DNA of 60,610 bases, counting the filler. It is 9 parts of 9 records of this genome, joined end to end, with 100 filler letters (N's around TTAATTAATTAA, not from the genome) between each part and the next. Parts side by side here need not be neighbours in the genome. Positions count along the whole stretch, not along the records: positions 1 to 5,799 come from SRR2962707_3129; positions 5,900 to 11,327 come from SRR2962707_3130; 7 more parts are not named here. One strand, given 5' to 3'. Below, piece after piece: positions 1-9,667 of the stretch (position 1 is the first letter of the stretch; every line of letters begins with the position of its first letter). The notes under the pieces were generated by a model. It made no database searches and was not told where the DNA came from. It saw only the letters and a list, made by a program, of their open reading frames with translations. Made by a program: the position numbers and the translations under genes.

Positions 1-1176
1 GGTCTTGGACCAGAGGTGATGGTTTTCGTGCACCTTGACGTAGCCCTCGGGCGCGGTTTCCAGCTCGACCCCGATCTGGGCCTCGCGCACCTTATCGATG
101 TCAAAGGACCCGGCCTTTTCCACAGCAGCCTTCCACAGCCACGGGCCCAGATAGGCGGCCTGCGTCACGTCGCCGATGACGATGTCCTCGCCCCACATGT
201 CCTTGAACGCCTTGACAAAGGCGATATTGTTCTCGTTATCGAGGGACTGGAAATACTTCATGCAGGCATATGCGCCTTCCATGTTCTCGCCGCCGATGCC
301 GCGGATCTCGTCCTCGGTCACCGAAATCGTCAGCACGATCGGCGCTTCTTTGGTCATATCGATGCCGGCCGCCTTGAGCTGCTTATAAAAGGCCACGTTG
401 GACCCGCCGACGACGATGGCATAGATCACGTCAGGCTTTCTCAGACGGATCTTGTTGATGACCGAGTTAAACTGCGTGTGGCCAAGCGGATAGTAATCCT
501 CACCGACGACCTTGCAGCCTTCCATGAAGTTCTCGATGTGCTTGCGGGCGATCTTGTTCGATGTGCGCGGCCAGATGTAGTCGGACCCCAGCAGATAGAA
601 GGACTTGGCGCCCTTCGTCTCGTTCACCCAGTTCAGGCCGGCGATGATCTGCTGCGTCGCTTCCTGACCTGTGTAGATCACGTTTGGCGATTCCTCGAGG
701 CCCTCGTAGAAAGTTGGGTAGTACAGCATGCCGTTGTTCTGCTCGAACACCGGGAGAACCGCCTTGCGGCTGGCCGAGGTCCAGCACCCCATAACCGAGG
801 CCACCTTGTCATTGACCAGCAGCTTGCGTGCCTTTTCGGCAAAGGTCGGCCAGTCGGATGCGCCATCTTCCTGGATATATTCGATCTTGCGCCCCAGGAT
901 CCCGCCCTGTGCATTGATCTGCTCGATGGCAAGCTTTTCAGCCTGCACCGACCCGGTTTCCGAGATCGCCATCGTCCCGGTCACCGAATGCAAAATACCG
1001 ATGGTCACGGTGTCATCGGTGACGGCCAGACCGGTCGTGTTGATTGCGGCTGTGGGATAATCCTGTGCGAACAGCGCCTTTGGGGCGAACAGTGCAGCGG
1101 TCATTGCGGCGCTACTGGCCATAAAGGCACGGCGGCTGGGTCCGGCCGGGTTCTTTGGTATCTTGCGATCAGTCAT
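1..1176 (-). CDS. urtA: Urea ABC transporter substrate-binding protein (3' truncated at window edge)
   Basis: Not in the ORF track. Manual minus-strand translation from ATG 1176 (AAGGAG RBS upstream): MTDRKIPKNPAGPSRRAFM (Tat motif)...VTIGILHSVTGTMAISE...EDGASDWPTFAEKARKLL...GCWTSASRKAVLPVFE...YYPTFYEGLE...GSDYIWPRTSN, all typical UrtA motifs. Confidence 0.93.
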   Translation of the reverse strand, partial: MTDRKIPKNPAGPSRRAFMASSAAMTAALFAPKALFAQDYPTAAINTTGLAVTDDTVTIGILHSVTGTMAISETGSVQAEKLAIEQINAQGGILGRKIEYIQEDGASDWPTFAEKARKLLVNDKVASVMGCWTSASRKAVLPVFEQNNGMLYYPTFYEGLEESPNVIYTGQEATQQIIAGLNWVNETKGAKSFYLLGSDYIWPRTSNKIARKHIENFMEGCKVVGEDYYPLGHTQFNSVINKIRLRKPDVIYAIVVGGSNVAFYKQLKAAGIDMTKEAPIVLTISVTEDEIRGIGGENMEGAYACMKYFQSLDNENNIAFVKAFKDMWGEDIVIGDVTQAAYLGPWLWKAAVEKAGSFDIDKVREAQIGVELETAPEGYVKVHENHHLWSKT

Positions 1177-1276
1177 TTCAGCTCCTTGTCGGGTGATTGC
1201 GTCGGCATTTTGGGGCTTTTTCCACCCATTGCGTTTTTTATGCCTGCTCACTGTCCGCCATGATGCTGCGCAGCAG

Positions 1277-1296
1277 TATACGTTAATTGACGTATA
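1277..1296. promoter_or_regulatory. Palindromic operator TATACGT-N6-ACGTATA, candidate site for the adjacent LuxR-type regulator
   Basis: TATACGTTAATTGACGTATA, near-perfect 20-bp inverted repeat in the urtA/kinase divergent intergenic region. Confidence 0.65.
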
Positions 1297-1427
1297 TAGC
1301 TGCGCATAACGACCCTGTAGGTTTGGTCACAGAATGGATCTTGACGGGGGTTTTGGGGGACTCTGAGAGCCGCGAAATGCGGCGGCGCGCGTCCAATTCA
1401 AAAACGTTGCACAAGCGGGGGCATCCG

Positions 1428-4400
1428 ATGGCCACAACCTATCAGGCGACCAAGGAAAAACGGCGTTACAACCGCTGGGTCGCCAACGAAACGATGGAGG
1501 ATTTTGCCCTGCGCTTTACCGCGCGGCGGGCACGACACTGGTCTTCTGCGAGGGTTGCCAACACCGCGATCGGCTCAATCTCGTTCCTCGCGCTCGAGGC
1601 GATCGGCGGCGCCATCACCCTGACCTATGGCTTTGACATCGCCATCACCGCGATCATGCTGGTGGGCACGATCCTTTTTCTCACCGCTTTTCCAATCAGC
1701 TATTACGCTGCACGCTATGGCGTCGATATCGACCTGCTGACGCGCGGTGCCGGTTTCGGCTACATTGGTTCCACGCTCACCTCATTGATCTACGCCAGCT
1801 TCACCTTCATCTTTTTCGCGCTGGAGGCGGCGATCCTAGCCCTCGCGGTCGAATTCACCCTCGGTGTGCCGCTGGTCGTCGGCTACCTGCTGTCATCGCT
1901 GGTGGTGATCCCGCTTGTGATCAACGGGTTTTCAAAGATTTCCGTTTTTCAAGCCTGGACCCAACCGCTCTGGGTTGTGCTGCACATCACGCCCTTCATC
2001 ATGCTTGCCTTCGTCGGCTATGATATCGAAGGCTGGTCTACCTTTACCGGCTCCGTGCCCGAAGCGGGCACCCAGACCGGCCGGTTGATCATGCTTGGCG
2101 CTGCCGCCGGCGTGGTGTTTTCGCTGATCGCACAGGTCGGCGAACAGGTCGATTTCCTGCGCTTTCTGCCCGAACCGCGTACCCGCAAAGAACGGTGTCG
2201 ATGGTGGGCTGCGCTGATCACCGCCGGTCCGGGCTGGTCGGTTCTGGGCGTTCTCAAGATGCTTGCTGGCAGTTATCTTGTCACCCTTGCCCTGCGCAAC
2301 GGGGTGCCCATGTCCGAAGCCGCAGATCCCACCCGCATGTACCACGCCGCCTTTTCCGAGGTGGTTTCGTCACCGTGGCTGGTTCTACTGCTAACCTCGG
2401 CCTTTGTGATCCTGTCCCAGCTCAAAATCAACATCACCAACGCCTATGCCGGCTCTATCGCTTGGTCGAACTTCTTTTCACGCCTCACGCATTCGCATCC
2501 TGGTCGCGTTGTCTGGCTGGTCTTCAACGTCGCCATCGCGGTGATGCTGATGGAACTGGGGGTCTTTGGCGCGCTGGAAAGCACGCTGGCGCTGTACTCT
2601 CATGTCGCACTGGCCTGGATCGGTGCCTTGGTCGCGGACCTCGTGGTCAACAAGCCTCTTGGCCTTAGCCCGCCGGGGATCGAATTCCGTCGCGCACATC
2701 TTTACGACATCAATCCCGTGGGCATCGGCGCCATGGGTACTGCCTGCGTGCTGTCGCTGACGGCCTATGGCGGCGCCTTCGGGGCACTGGCTCAGGCGAT
2801 GTCCGCGCCCCTCGCTCTTTTCAGCTCATTCGCATTGGCCCCTGCCATTGCCTGGTGGACGGGCGGCAAATACTACATCGCCCGGCCTGCCCCAAAACTG
2901 TCCAGCTCGGACCTCACCTGCTCGATCTGCGAATACAGCTTTGACGCCGAGGATATGACCCACTGCCCGTTCCACTCGGGGCCGATCTGTTCGCTTTGCT
3001 GCACGCTTGACAGCGCCTGCCGCGACGCTTGCAAACCTGACGCGCGCCTCAGGTCTGTCGCCGCGCGCATCCTAAAGAACCGACTGCCAGCCAAGGTCGC
3101 TGCCGCCTTGATGACGCCCCTGTCGCGGTTCCTGATCGCCACGGTCGTAATCGGCACTATTTTTGGCCAGCTCCTCATCCTCGTGCGGTCTTTCCGCTAT
3201 GCGCAGAACTTTGATGCGGTGCTGTCAGTGATCTTTTGCATGGTGCTGATCGTCATCGGCGTGTCCGTCTGGATGTATATCCTGGTCAGTGAATCCCAGG
3301 ACAAGGCCCGGGACGAAGCAGAACGCCAGACCGAACGCCTGCTGATCGAGGTCCGCGCCCACGACCGCACCGATCAGGCACTGCAACAGGCCAAGGAAAA
3401 GGCCGAAGCGGCCAACCTCGCCAAGACACGCTATATGACCGGCCTTAGCCACGAGCTGCGAACGCCGCTGAACTCGATCTACGGCTTTGCCCAAATCCTT
3501 GAAAAAGACCCTAGAATGCCCGCGCACCGCCGCGCTTCGGTCACCACGATCCGCCGCTCTTCGGAACACCTGGCCGGCCTAATCGAAGGGTTGTTGGACA
3601 TATCGCGGATCGAGGCAGGTCGGCTCGATATCTCCCGCGATCGTATCCATTTGCGTATGTTCCTCAATCAGGTCTCGTCAATCTTTCAGGAACTGGCCTC
3701 TGAAAAAGATATCCATTTCAAACTGACGACCGCCGGTAAATTGCCCGACTGGATCACCTTTGATGAAAAACGCCTGCGCCAGATCCTGATCAACCTCCTG
3801 TCAAACGCCCTGCGCTATACCAACACAGGTTCGGTTAGCCTGCACTTGCGCTATCGCAACGAAGTTGCGGTGATCGACGTCACCGATACCGGCATCGGCA
3901 TCGCGCCGGACTGCCTGCCCCGCATCTGGGAACCGTTTGAGAGGGGCACCCATCCCTATGTGACCGGCTCTGGGCTTGGCCTTACCATCACCAAATTGCT
4001 GGTGGAAATCCTTGGGGGCGATATCGATGTTGAAAGCGCTGTCGGCAAGGGCAGCCGCTTTCGCGTTCGCCTGATGCTGCCATCGGTTCCCGTCACCAGC
4101 CTCCCCTCGACCTCCAGCACGGTTGCAGACGAGGCGCGCAGTCTTTCCGTCACGGGCTATGTCGGTGCGCGCAAGACAGTGCTTGTGGTCGATGACGACC
4201 TAAACCATCTGCAACTGGTCGAATTCCTGCTTGCGCCTATCGGCTTTGCCGTTCTTCTGGCGTCCAGCGCGGAACAGGCGCTTGAGATGATCGAAGATAT
4301 CGCTCCGGATATTTTCATCCTCGACATAGATTTGCCCGGTCACGACGGCTGGCACCTTGCGCAAATGCTGCGTGACGGCGCGCATCGGTCCACGCCGATC

Positions 4401-4784
4401 ACGATGATCTCGGGCCATGCGATGGACGGCGAAAAACCCGCACCCGAACTTAAACTCTGCGATGCCTTTCTGGCCAAACCTTACAACCTAGACGACCTCT
4501 TGGTCCGGTTAGGAGAGCTCCTGCGACTTGAGATGATCGTGGTATCTGACACTCCCGAGGCAAGGCCCAGCCTGGCGTCAATTGCGCTGACAAATGCTGA
4601 TCTGGCGGAACTGATTGCCTTTGCCCGCGATGGCCGGGCCCGTGATCTGAACGACAAGATCACAGCGCTGGCGGACGCGGGTTCCCTTGCGGGTGACAGG
4701 CTGAACCGCCTGCGCCGCGCATCCCGCCAGTTTGACATGGCACGCGTGATTGCCGAACTGGAGTCTCATGATGTCGCGACTTGA
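1428..4784 (+). CDS. Hybrid sensor histidine kinase with N-terminal NCS1/permease-like membrane domain, Cys-rich linker, HisKA, HATPase and REC
   Basis: About 12 TM segments, then SHELRTPL (H box), RLRQILINLLSNA (N box), DTGIGI, GSGLGL, and REC (VLVVDD, ILDIDLP). Start moved to ATG 1428 (MATTYQ). Confidence 0.9.
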   Translation: MATTYQATKEKRRYNRWVANETMEDFALRFTARRARHWSSARVANTAIGSISFLALEAIGGAITLTYGFDIAITAIMLVGTILFLTAFPISYYAARYGVDIDLLTRGAGFGYIGSTLTSLIYASFTFIFFALEAAILALAVEFTLGVPLVVGYLLSSLVVIPLVINGFSKISVFQAWTQPLWVVLHITPFIMLAFVGYDIEGWSTFTGSVPEAGTQTGRLIMLGAAAGVVFSLIAQVGEQVDFLRFLPEPRTRKERCRWWAALITAGPGWSVLGVLKMLAGSYLVTLALRNGVPMSEAADPTRMYHAAFSEVVSSPWLVLLLTSAFVILSQLKINITNAYAGSIAWSNFFSRLTHSHPGRVVWLVFNVAIAVMLMELGVFGALESTLALYSHVALAWIGALVADLVVNKPLGLSPPGIEFRRAHLYDINPVGIGAMGTACVLSLTAYGGAFGALAQAMSAPLALFSSFALAPAIAWWTGGKYYIARPAPKLSSSDLTCSICEYSFDAEDMTHCPFHSGPICSLCCTLDSACRDACKPDARLRSVAARILKNRLPAKVAAALMTPLSRFLIATVVIGTIFGQLLILVRSFRYAQNFDAVLSVIFCMVLIVIGVSVWMYILVSESQDKARDEAERQTERLLIEVRAHDRTDQALQQAKEKAEAANLAKTRYMTGLSHELRTPLNSIYGFAQILEKDPRMPAHRRASVTTIRRSSEHLAGLIEGLLDISRIEAGRLDISRDRIHLRMFLNQVSSIFQELASEKDIHFKLTTAGKLPDWITFDEKRLRQILINLLSNALRYTNTGSVSLHLRYRNEVAVIDVTDTGIGIAPDCLPRIWEPFERGTHPYVTGSGLGLTITKLLVEILGGDIDVESAVGKGSRFRVRLMLPSVPVTSLPSTSSTVADEARSLSVTGYVGARKTVLVVDDDLNHLQLVEFLLAPIGFAVLLASSAEQALEMIEDIAPDIFILDIDLPGHDGWHLAQMLRDGAHRSTPITMISGHAMDGEKPAPELKLCDAFLAKPYNLDDLLVRLGELLRLEMIVVSDTPEARPSLASIALTNADLAELIAFARDGRARDLNDKITALADAGSLAGDRLNRLRRASRQFDMARVIAELESHDVAT

Positions 4785-5682
4785 TCCCGAACGCCACAAC
4801 ATCGCCCTTGTCGTTGACGACAATCCCGACACGCTGGGCATGGTATCCACAGCCCTAGAAGAAAACGGTATCACCGTGCTGGTTGCGCGGGACGGCGAAA
4901 CCGCCATCGAACTCGCCAACCGGATACAGCCCGATGTGATCCTGATGGATGCGGTAATGCCCGCCCCGGACGGGTTTGAAACCTGCCGCCGTCTAAAATC
5001 GGGCAGCGCACCAATCCAGGCGCCCATCATCTTTATGACTGGGCTGACCGAACCGGAGCACATCTTGAAAGGTCTACGCTCTGGCGGGGTGGATTATATC
5101 ACCAAACCCGTGATCATTGAGGAGCTTTTGGCCCGCATCACAATTCATGTGATGAACGCCAAGATGATCAGCAGCGCACGCGAGGCGCTGGATTCCTCTG
5201 CCGCTTCGGTGATCGCCTTTGACAACAATGGCCGCGTGCTCTGGGGCAGCCCAAAGGCGCTCGAGGCTTTTGCCGCGCTGTCAAAACCGGATCTGCCCGC
5301 GCTTTCGACCTGTCAGGACTTCCGGCTTTGGCTGCGCGATTGCACCTGTCTTCCCGCCTCTCAGATACTGGCCTTTGAACACGCAAGGATGTCGATTTCC
5401 TTCATCGGATTATCTTCATCCCGCGAGGTGCTGGTCAAGCTGAACGGCATTCACGCGGGGACGCCCGCACAACTTTTGCAAAGCGCATTTTCCCTGACAG
5501 TTCGAGAATCCGAGGTGTTGTTCTGGCTGTCCATGGGCAAGACTAACCGCGATATCGCCCAGATCCTGGCCCTGAGCGCACGCACAGTGAACAAGCATCT
5601 GGAACAGGTTTTCCAGAAGATGGGCGTCGACAACCGGACGTCTGCCGCGGTACTTGCGGATCGTGTGCTGCACATGTCCTGA
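4768..5682 (+). CDS. Response regulator, REC + LuxR HTH
   Basis: LVVDD, ILMDAVMP, DYITKP; C-terminal LTVRESEVL..GKTNRDIAQILALSARTVNKHLEQVFQKMGV; overlaps the kinase stop. Confidence 0.92.
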   Translation: MMSRLDPERHNIALVVDDNPDTLGMVSTALEENGITVLVARDGETAIELANRIQPDVILMDAVMPAPDGFETCRRLKSGSAPIQAPIIFMTGLTEPEHILKGLRSGGVDYITKPVIIEELLARITIHVMNAKMISSAREALDSSAASVIAFDNNGRVLWGSPKALEAFAALSKPDLPALSTCQDFRLWLRDCTCLPASQILAFEHARMSISFIGLSSSREVLVKLNGIHAGTPAQLLQSAFSLTVRESEVLFWLSMGKTNRDIAQILALSARTVNKHLEQVFQKMGVDNRTSAAVLADRVLHMS

Positions 5683-5770
5683 ACCCGGGACCTGTCCGGA
5701 TTGACCACATATTTCTGCAACTCTGCTATGGTCTGCGGGGATTTTCCGATGTGAAATCAACCTAGGACCT

Positions 5771-5799
5771 CAGGCATCAGGCATCAGGCATCAGGCATC
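5771..5799. repeat. Heptamer tandem repeat (CAGGCAT)x4, cut by the contig end
   Basis: caggcatcaggcatcaggcatcaggcatc read directly. Confidence 0.85.
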
Positions 5800-5899
5800 N
5801 NNNNNNNNNNNNNNNNNNNNNNNNNNNNNNNNNNNNNNNNNNNTTAATTAATTAANNNNNNNNNNNNNNNNNNNNNNNNNNNNNNNNNNNNNNNNNNNN
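5800..5899. other. Artificial contig linker
   Basis: N44-TTAATTAATTAA-N44, stops in all six frames. Confidence 0.99.
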
Positions 5900-5900
5900 G

Positions 5901-8900
5901 CCCAAGGAGAGCTTCCCGGCCATCGACGTTCCCTATCTCTATGTTTCGATCAGCCAGACAGGTGTTTCGCCCAGCGACGCGGAAAACCTGCTCGCCAAGC
6001 CGGCGGAAGATGAGCTGACGGGCCTGCCTGGCCTCCAGACCATCACAACAACATCGACAACGGGTCACGCCTCGGTGCTGCTCGAGTTCGACATCAATAC
6101 CGACAAGGACCAGGCCCTGCAGGACACGCGTGCCCGCATGGACGCGTTGCGCGCCGCCCTGCCGGATGACGCCAACGACCCGACCGTTTCGGAGATCGAC
6201 TTCATCGGTCCGGTCATGTCGGTCGCCGTCTACGGTTCGGCTCCGGAAAAGGAACTCGTGCGTCGCGCGGAACTGCTGCAGGACGCCATCGAAGCCATTC
6301 CCGAAATCCGCGAAGCCGTGCTTTCCGGCGCTCGCAAGGAACAGCTCGAAGTGCGGGTCGACCTGCTGCGGCTCGAGGCCTATGGCCTGACAGCCACCCA
6401 GCTCTTCGACGCGCTGTCGCGCAACAATATGGTGGTAGCCGGCGGCACGCTGAACACCGGACAAGGCTCGTTCAATGTTGAAGTGCCGGGTCTGATCACC
6501 ACGGCCGAAGACGTCTTCAGCCTGCCCCTCAAGACCGATGGCAACACCATCGTGACCTTTGGCGATGTTGCCACGATCACCCGCACGCTGGCCGATGCGA
6601 CCGAGTTTACCCATGTCAACGGCTCCCCTGCCCTGATCATGGGCGTGTCCAAGAAGCCCGGCACGAACATCATCGATGTTTCCGACAAGGTGCGCGCGGT
6701 AACTGCAGAGGTTGCCAAGGACTGGCCGACCGGCGTGAGCTACTCGTTTTTCCTCGACCAGGCGGAAACGACAACGGCTCTGTTCCGCTCGCTAGAAGCG
6801 GCGGTGCTGACGGCGGTGGCCCTGGTGCTAATCACCTGTGTGGCAACGCTGGGCGTGCGCCCGGCCATCATGATCGGCATGTCAATCCCGCTGTCATTCA
6901 TGATGGCCTTCCTGGTTGCCCAAGGCCTGGGCATGACCATCAACATGATGGTGATGTTCGGCCTCGTGATCGCTGTGGGCGTACTCGTCGATGACCCTGT
7001 GGTGGTGGTCGAATATGCCGAACGCAAATTGCAGGAAGGCGTGCCCAAGCGCGAAGCCTTCATCATGGCGATGCGCAAAATGTTCGTGCCCGTGGTGGGC
7101 GCGACCGCAACGACGCTGGGCGCCTTTGTGCCGCTGCTGTTCTGGCCAGGCATTATCGGCAAGTTCATGAGCTATCTGCCGACGATCGTGATCATTGTCA
7201 TGATCGCATCCTTCATCTCGGCGCTGATCTTCATGCCGGTGATCGGCTCGATCATTGCCTCGTCCCATGTCGACGAGAAAGAAAAGGCCAAGGCCGATAT
7301 CGTTATGTATCCGGACAAGTTCGACTCCAGGAAGGTAGGCGGACTGACCGGGTTCTATGTGCGCGTGATGGAGAAGCTGTTGCACTGGCCGCTGCCAACT
7401 CTGGCCGTGGGCTTCGGCGTCATCGCCACCATCTTTGTGGCCTATGCGACCAACCCAACCGGATCGGAAGCCTTTCCGGCGTCCGAACCCGAGTTTGCCA
7501 CGGTCGCCGTGGTTGGCAGGGGCAACTACTCTCCCGAGGAAATCCGGGACATGCTGGTGGAGGTCGAAAACGAGCTGATGCAGGTCCAGGGCATCCAGGA
7601 CGTCATCATGCAGTTCGGAACGACCGGCGCCTTTGGCACCATGCCGCCCGATACAATCGGCAATTTCCAGCTGCAGCTGACCAACTGGAACCACCGCGTT
7701 CCGGCGTCGGAGATCTTTGCCCGTATCCGCGAGCGCGTCTCCGGCTTCGCCGGCCTCGATATCCAGTTGCTGGCGGCCGAAAGTGGCCCGCCGGCCGGCA
7801 AGGACATCAACCTGCGGGTGGAGAGCTCCAACTACGACGACCTTCTGCCGGTCGTGACCGCGATCCGCGATCATCTGGCCACCTGGCCGGAGGTCGTTGA
7901 CGCCGAAGACGGGCGTCCCTCCCCCGGCATCGACTGGGAGATCAAGGTGGACCGCGCCGAGGCCGGCAAATATGGCATCGGCGTGCGTGAACTGGCCCCC
8001 TATGTGCAGTTGGTAACCTCCGGCGTGAAGCTGGGCACCTACCGGGATGCCGAGACCGGCGACGAACTCGACATTCGCGTGCGCCTGCCGGAAGACGAGC
8101 GGACTTTCGATGCGCTCGACTCCATGCGCATTGCGACCAGCCAGGGTCTGGTGCCCGTTTCGAACTTCATCGAACGCACCGCCGTTCCCAAGGTGGCCAA
8201 TATCGAGCGGCGCAACCAGGTTTATACGATGGCCGTGGCTGCGGGGCTGACCAACCTGCCTGAAGGCGTCTATCCCGCCGACAAGGTGGAAGAGTTGCAG
8301 ACCTGGATCACCCAGCAGGACTTTCCGGATCGGGTGAACGTGGAGTTCGGCGGCGCCGAAGAGCAGATGGGTGACGCCAATGCCTTTATCGGTCAGGCGA
8401 TGATCATGGCGCTGGTTCTCATCTCGTTCATCCTGCTGCTGGAGTATAATAGCTTCTATCAGGTACTCGTGACGCTGATGACGGTGGTGATGTCCGTGGC
8501 TGGTGTGCTGCTGGGCATGCTGGTCACCGGAATGACCTTCTCGGCGATCATGACCGGGCTGGGCATCGTGGCACTGGCGGGTATCGTGGTGAAGAACGGC
8601 ATTGTGCTGATCGACACCTATAACGACTACCACCGGCATCAGAATGTAGAAGCGGTCAAGGCGATGCTGCTGACCGTGAGCCAGCGCGTGCGTCCAGTGT
8701 TGTTGACCGCATTCCTCACGGCTCTCGGCGTGATCCCGATGTGGGCCAATGTCGAGTTCGACTTCATCCGCCGTGAAATCGTGGTGGGCGGCATCGCCGG
8801 CTCGTGGTTTGTCCACCTCTCGGCAGCCCTCGTCTCAGGCCTGTTCCTGTCGACGGCCCTGACCCTGGTGATGGTGCCGGTGATGATCACCGCCCCCACG

Positions 8901-9137
8901 GTGATGTGGAGCCAGATCCGTTGGCTCGGGTCGGTCTTTGCAGCAATGGGCGTCTGGATTGCCAGCCCCTTCCGCCAGAAGCAAGCGGCAGCGCCGGCAG
9001 GGTTTGACGGCATGGCCGTGGAAATCCCGGAAGAGGCGGATAGCACCAAGCGCTATATCGTCTCCAAGCAGGCCGGGCTGACCGAAAAGGAAGCCAATGG
9101 CGTGACAGTGGTCAGCCGAAGAGATGCGGCAGAGTAG
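5901..9137 (+). CDS. RND efflux permease, AcrB/AcrD/AcrF family (5' truncated)
   Basis: Frame open from the contig start (PKESFPAIDVP); GVLVDDPVVVVE, GIVVKNGIVLID, RVRPVLLT; two TM clusters with large periplasmic loops. Confidence 0.93.
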   Translation, partial: PKESFPAIDVPYLYVSISQTGVSPSDAENLLAKPAEDELTGLPGLQTITTTSTTGHASVLLEFDINTDKDQALQDTRARMDALRAALPDDANDPTVSEIDFIGPVMSVAVYGSAPEKELVRRAELLQDAIEAIPEIREAVLSGARKEQLEVRVDLLRLEAYGLTATQLFDALSRNNMVVAGGTLNTGQGSFNVEVPGLITTAEDVFSLPLKTDGNTIVTFGDVATITRTLADATEFTHVNGSPALIMGVSKKPGTNIIDVSDKVRAVTAEVAKDWPTGVSYSFFLDQAETTTALFRSLEAAVLTAVALVLITCVATLGVRPAIMIGMSIPLSFMMAFLVAQGLGMTINMMVMFGLVIAVGVLVDDPVVVVEYAERKLQEGVPKREAFIMAMRKMFVPVVGATATTLGAFVPLLFWPGIIGKFMSYLPTIVIIVMIASFISALIFMPVIGSIIASSHVDEKEKAKADIVMYPDKFDSRKVGGLTGFYVRVMEKLLHWPLPTLAVGFGVIATIFVAYATNPTGSEAFPASEPEFATVAVVGRGNYSPEEIRDMLVEVENELMQVQGIQDVIMQFGTTGAFGTMPPDTIGNFQLQLTNWNHRVPASEIFARIRERVSGFAGLDIQLLAAESGPPAGKDINLRVESSNYDDLLPVVTAIRDHLATWPEVVDAEDGRPSPGIDWEIKVDRAEAGKYGIGVRELAPYVQLVTSGVKLGTYRDAETGDELDIRVRLPEDERTFDALDSMRIATSQGLVPVSNFIERTAVPKVANIERRNQVYTMAVAAGLTNLPEGVYPADKVEELQTWITQQDFPDRVNVEFGGAEEQMGDANAFIGQAMIMALVLISFILLLEYNSFYQVLVTLMTVVMSVAGVLLGMLVTGMTFSAIMTGLGIVALAGIVVKNGIVLIDTYNDYHRHQNVEAVKAMLLTVSQRVRPVLLTAFLTALGVIPMWANVEFDFIRREIVVGGIAGSWFVHLSAALVSGLFLSTALTLVMVPVMITAPTVMWSQIRWLGSVFAAMGVWIASPFRQKQAAAPAGFDGMAVEIPEEADSTKRYIVSKQAGLTEKEANGVTVVSRRDAAE

Positions 9138-9157
9138 AGTCATTTGTCCAATATATG

Positions 9158-9187
9158 AGAAAGGCCCGCAGCGATGCGGGCCTTTCT
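9158..9187. terminator. Bidirectional intrinsic terminator
   Basis: AGAAAGGCCCGCA-gcga-TGCGGGCCTTTCT between convergent genes. Confidence 0.85.
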
Positions 9188-9193
9188 GCATTT

Positions 9194-9667
9194 CTATTGG
9201 GATTGGAACGCCGTCAGCTTCCAGGTGTCACCATCGAACACGATGTCGCGGGACGTGACCAACCTGCCGCCGAGCGCCCGAGGCCAGAACGTCTGCGCTG
9301 CAACGTTGGCGTGGGGCACAGCGATATGCCAGGCGCCGGGATGTGCTGCCAGGGCAAGATCGAGCGCCGCTCTGCCGACGCCCCTGCCCCGATGGGTGCG
9401 CAGCACGAAGAACTCCGCCATGAACCAGCATGGTTTTCGACCGGTGAGCGGGCATTCGTCGATGACCAGCGCGAAGCCTGCTATCTCTTCGCCTGACATA
9501 ATGAAGTAGGGATAGCGCCAGAAACGGTCGAGGAAGCCGTATTCAAACCGGCCGTCCGGCCCGACTGGAAACGGCATGAACTCTGTCATGTCGTGGAGAT
9601 AAAGCTGGATCAGATTGGCGATTGCGGGTTTGTCCTCGTCCTTCGCCCGACGGATCGACACGGTCAT
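9194..9667 (-). CDS. GNAT family N-acetyltransferase
   Basis: AEFFVLRTHRGRGVG acetyl-CoA binding motif; NVAAQTFW. Confidence 0.88.
   Translation of the reverse strand: MTVSIRRAKDEDKPAIANLIQLYLHDMTEFMPFPVGPDGRFEYGFLDRFWRYPYFIMSGEEIAGFALVIDECPLTGRKPCWFMAEFFVLRTHRGRGVGRAALDLALAAHPGAWHIAVPHANVAAQTFWPRALGGRLVTSRDIVFDGDTWKLTAFQSQ

Noticed and set aside
16-1263. 415-aa plus-strand ORF
   Set aside because: Antisense shadow of urtA, which carries the RBS, Tat signal and family motifs.
5844-5855. TTAATTAATTAA recurring eight times, as a biological repeat, CRISPR repeat or CtrA site
   Set aside because: Always centred in identical N runs; it is a six-frame-stop contig linker. ORFs ending in X...LIN are artefacts of it.
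6976-7014. Inactivated proton relay in the RND pump (DDP instead of DDA)
   Set aside because: Both Asp residues, the TM10 Lys and the Arg/Thr of RPVLLT are retained; likely a lineage variant.
6894-8816. 640-aa minus-strand ORF and similar long antisense ORFs (23230-24579, 29046-30251, 31373-32512, 20142-21056)
   Set aside because: Shadow frames of well-supported genes in high-GC DNA, with no recognisable motifs.
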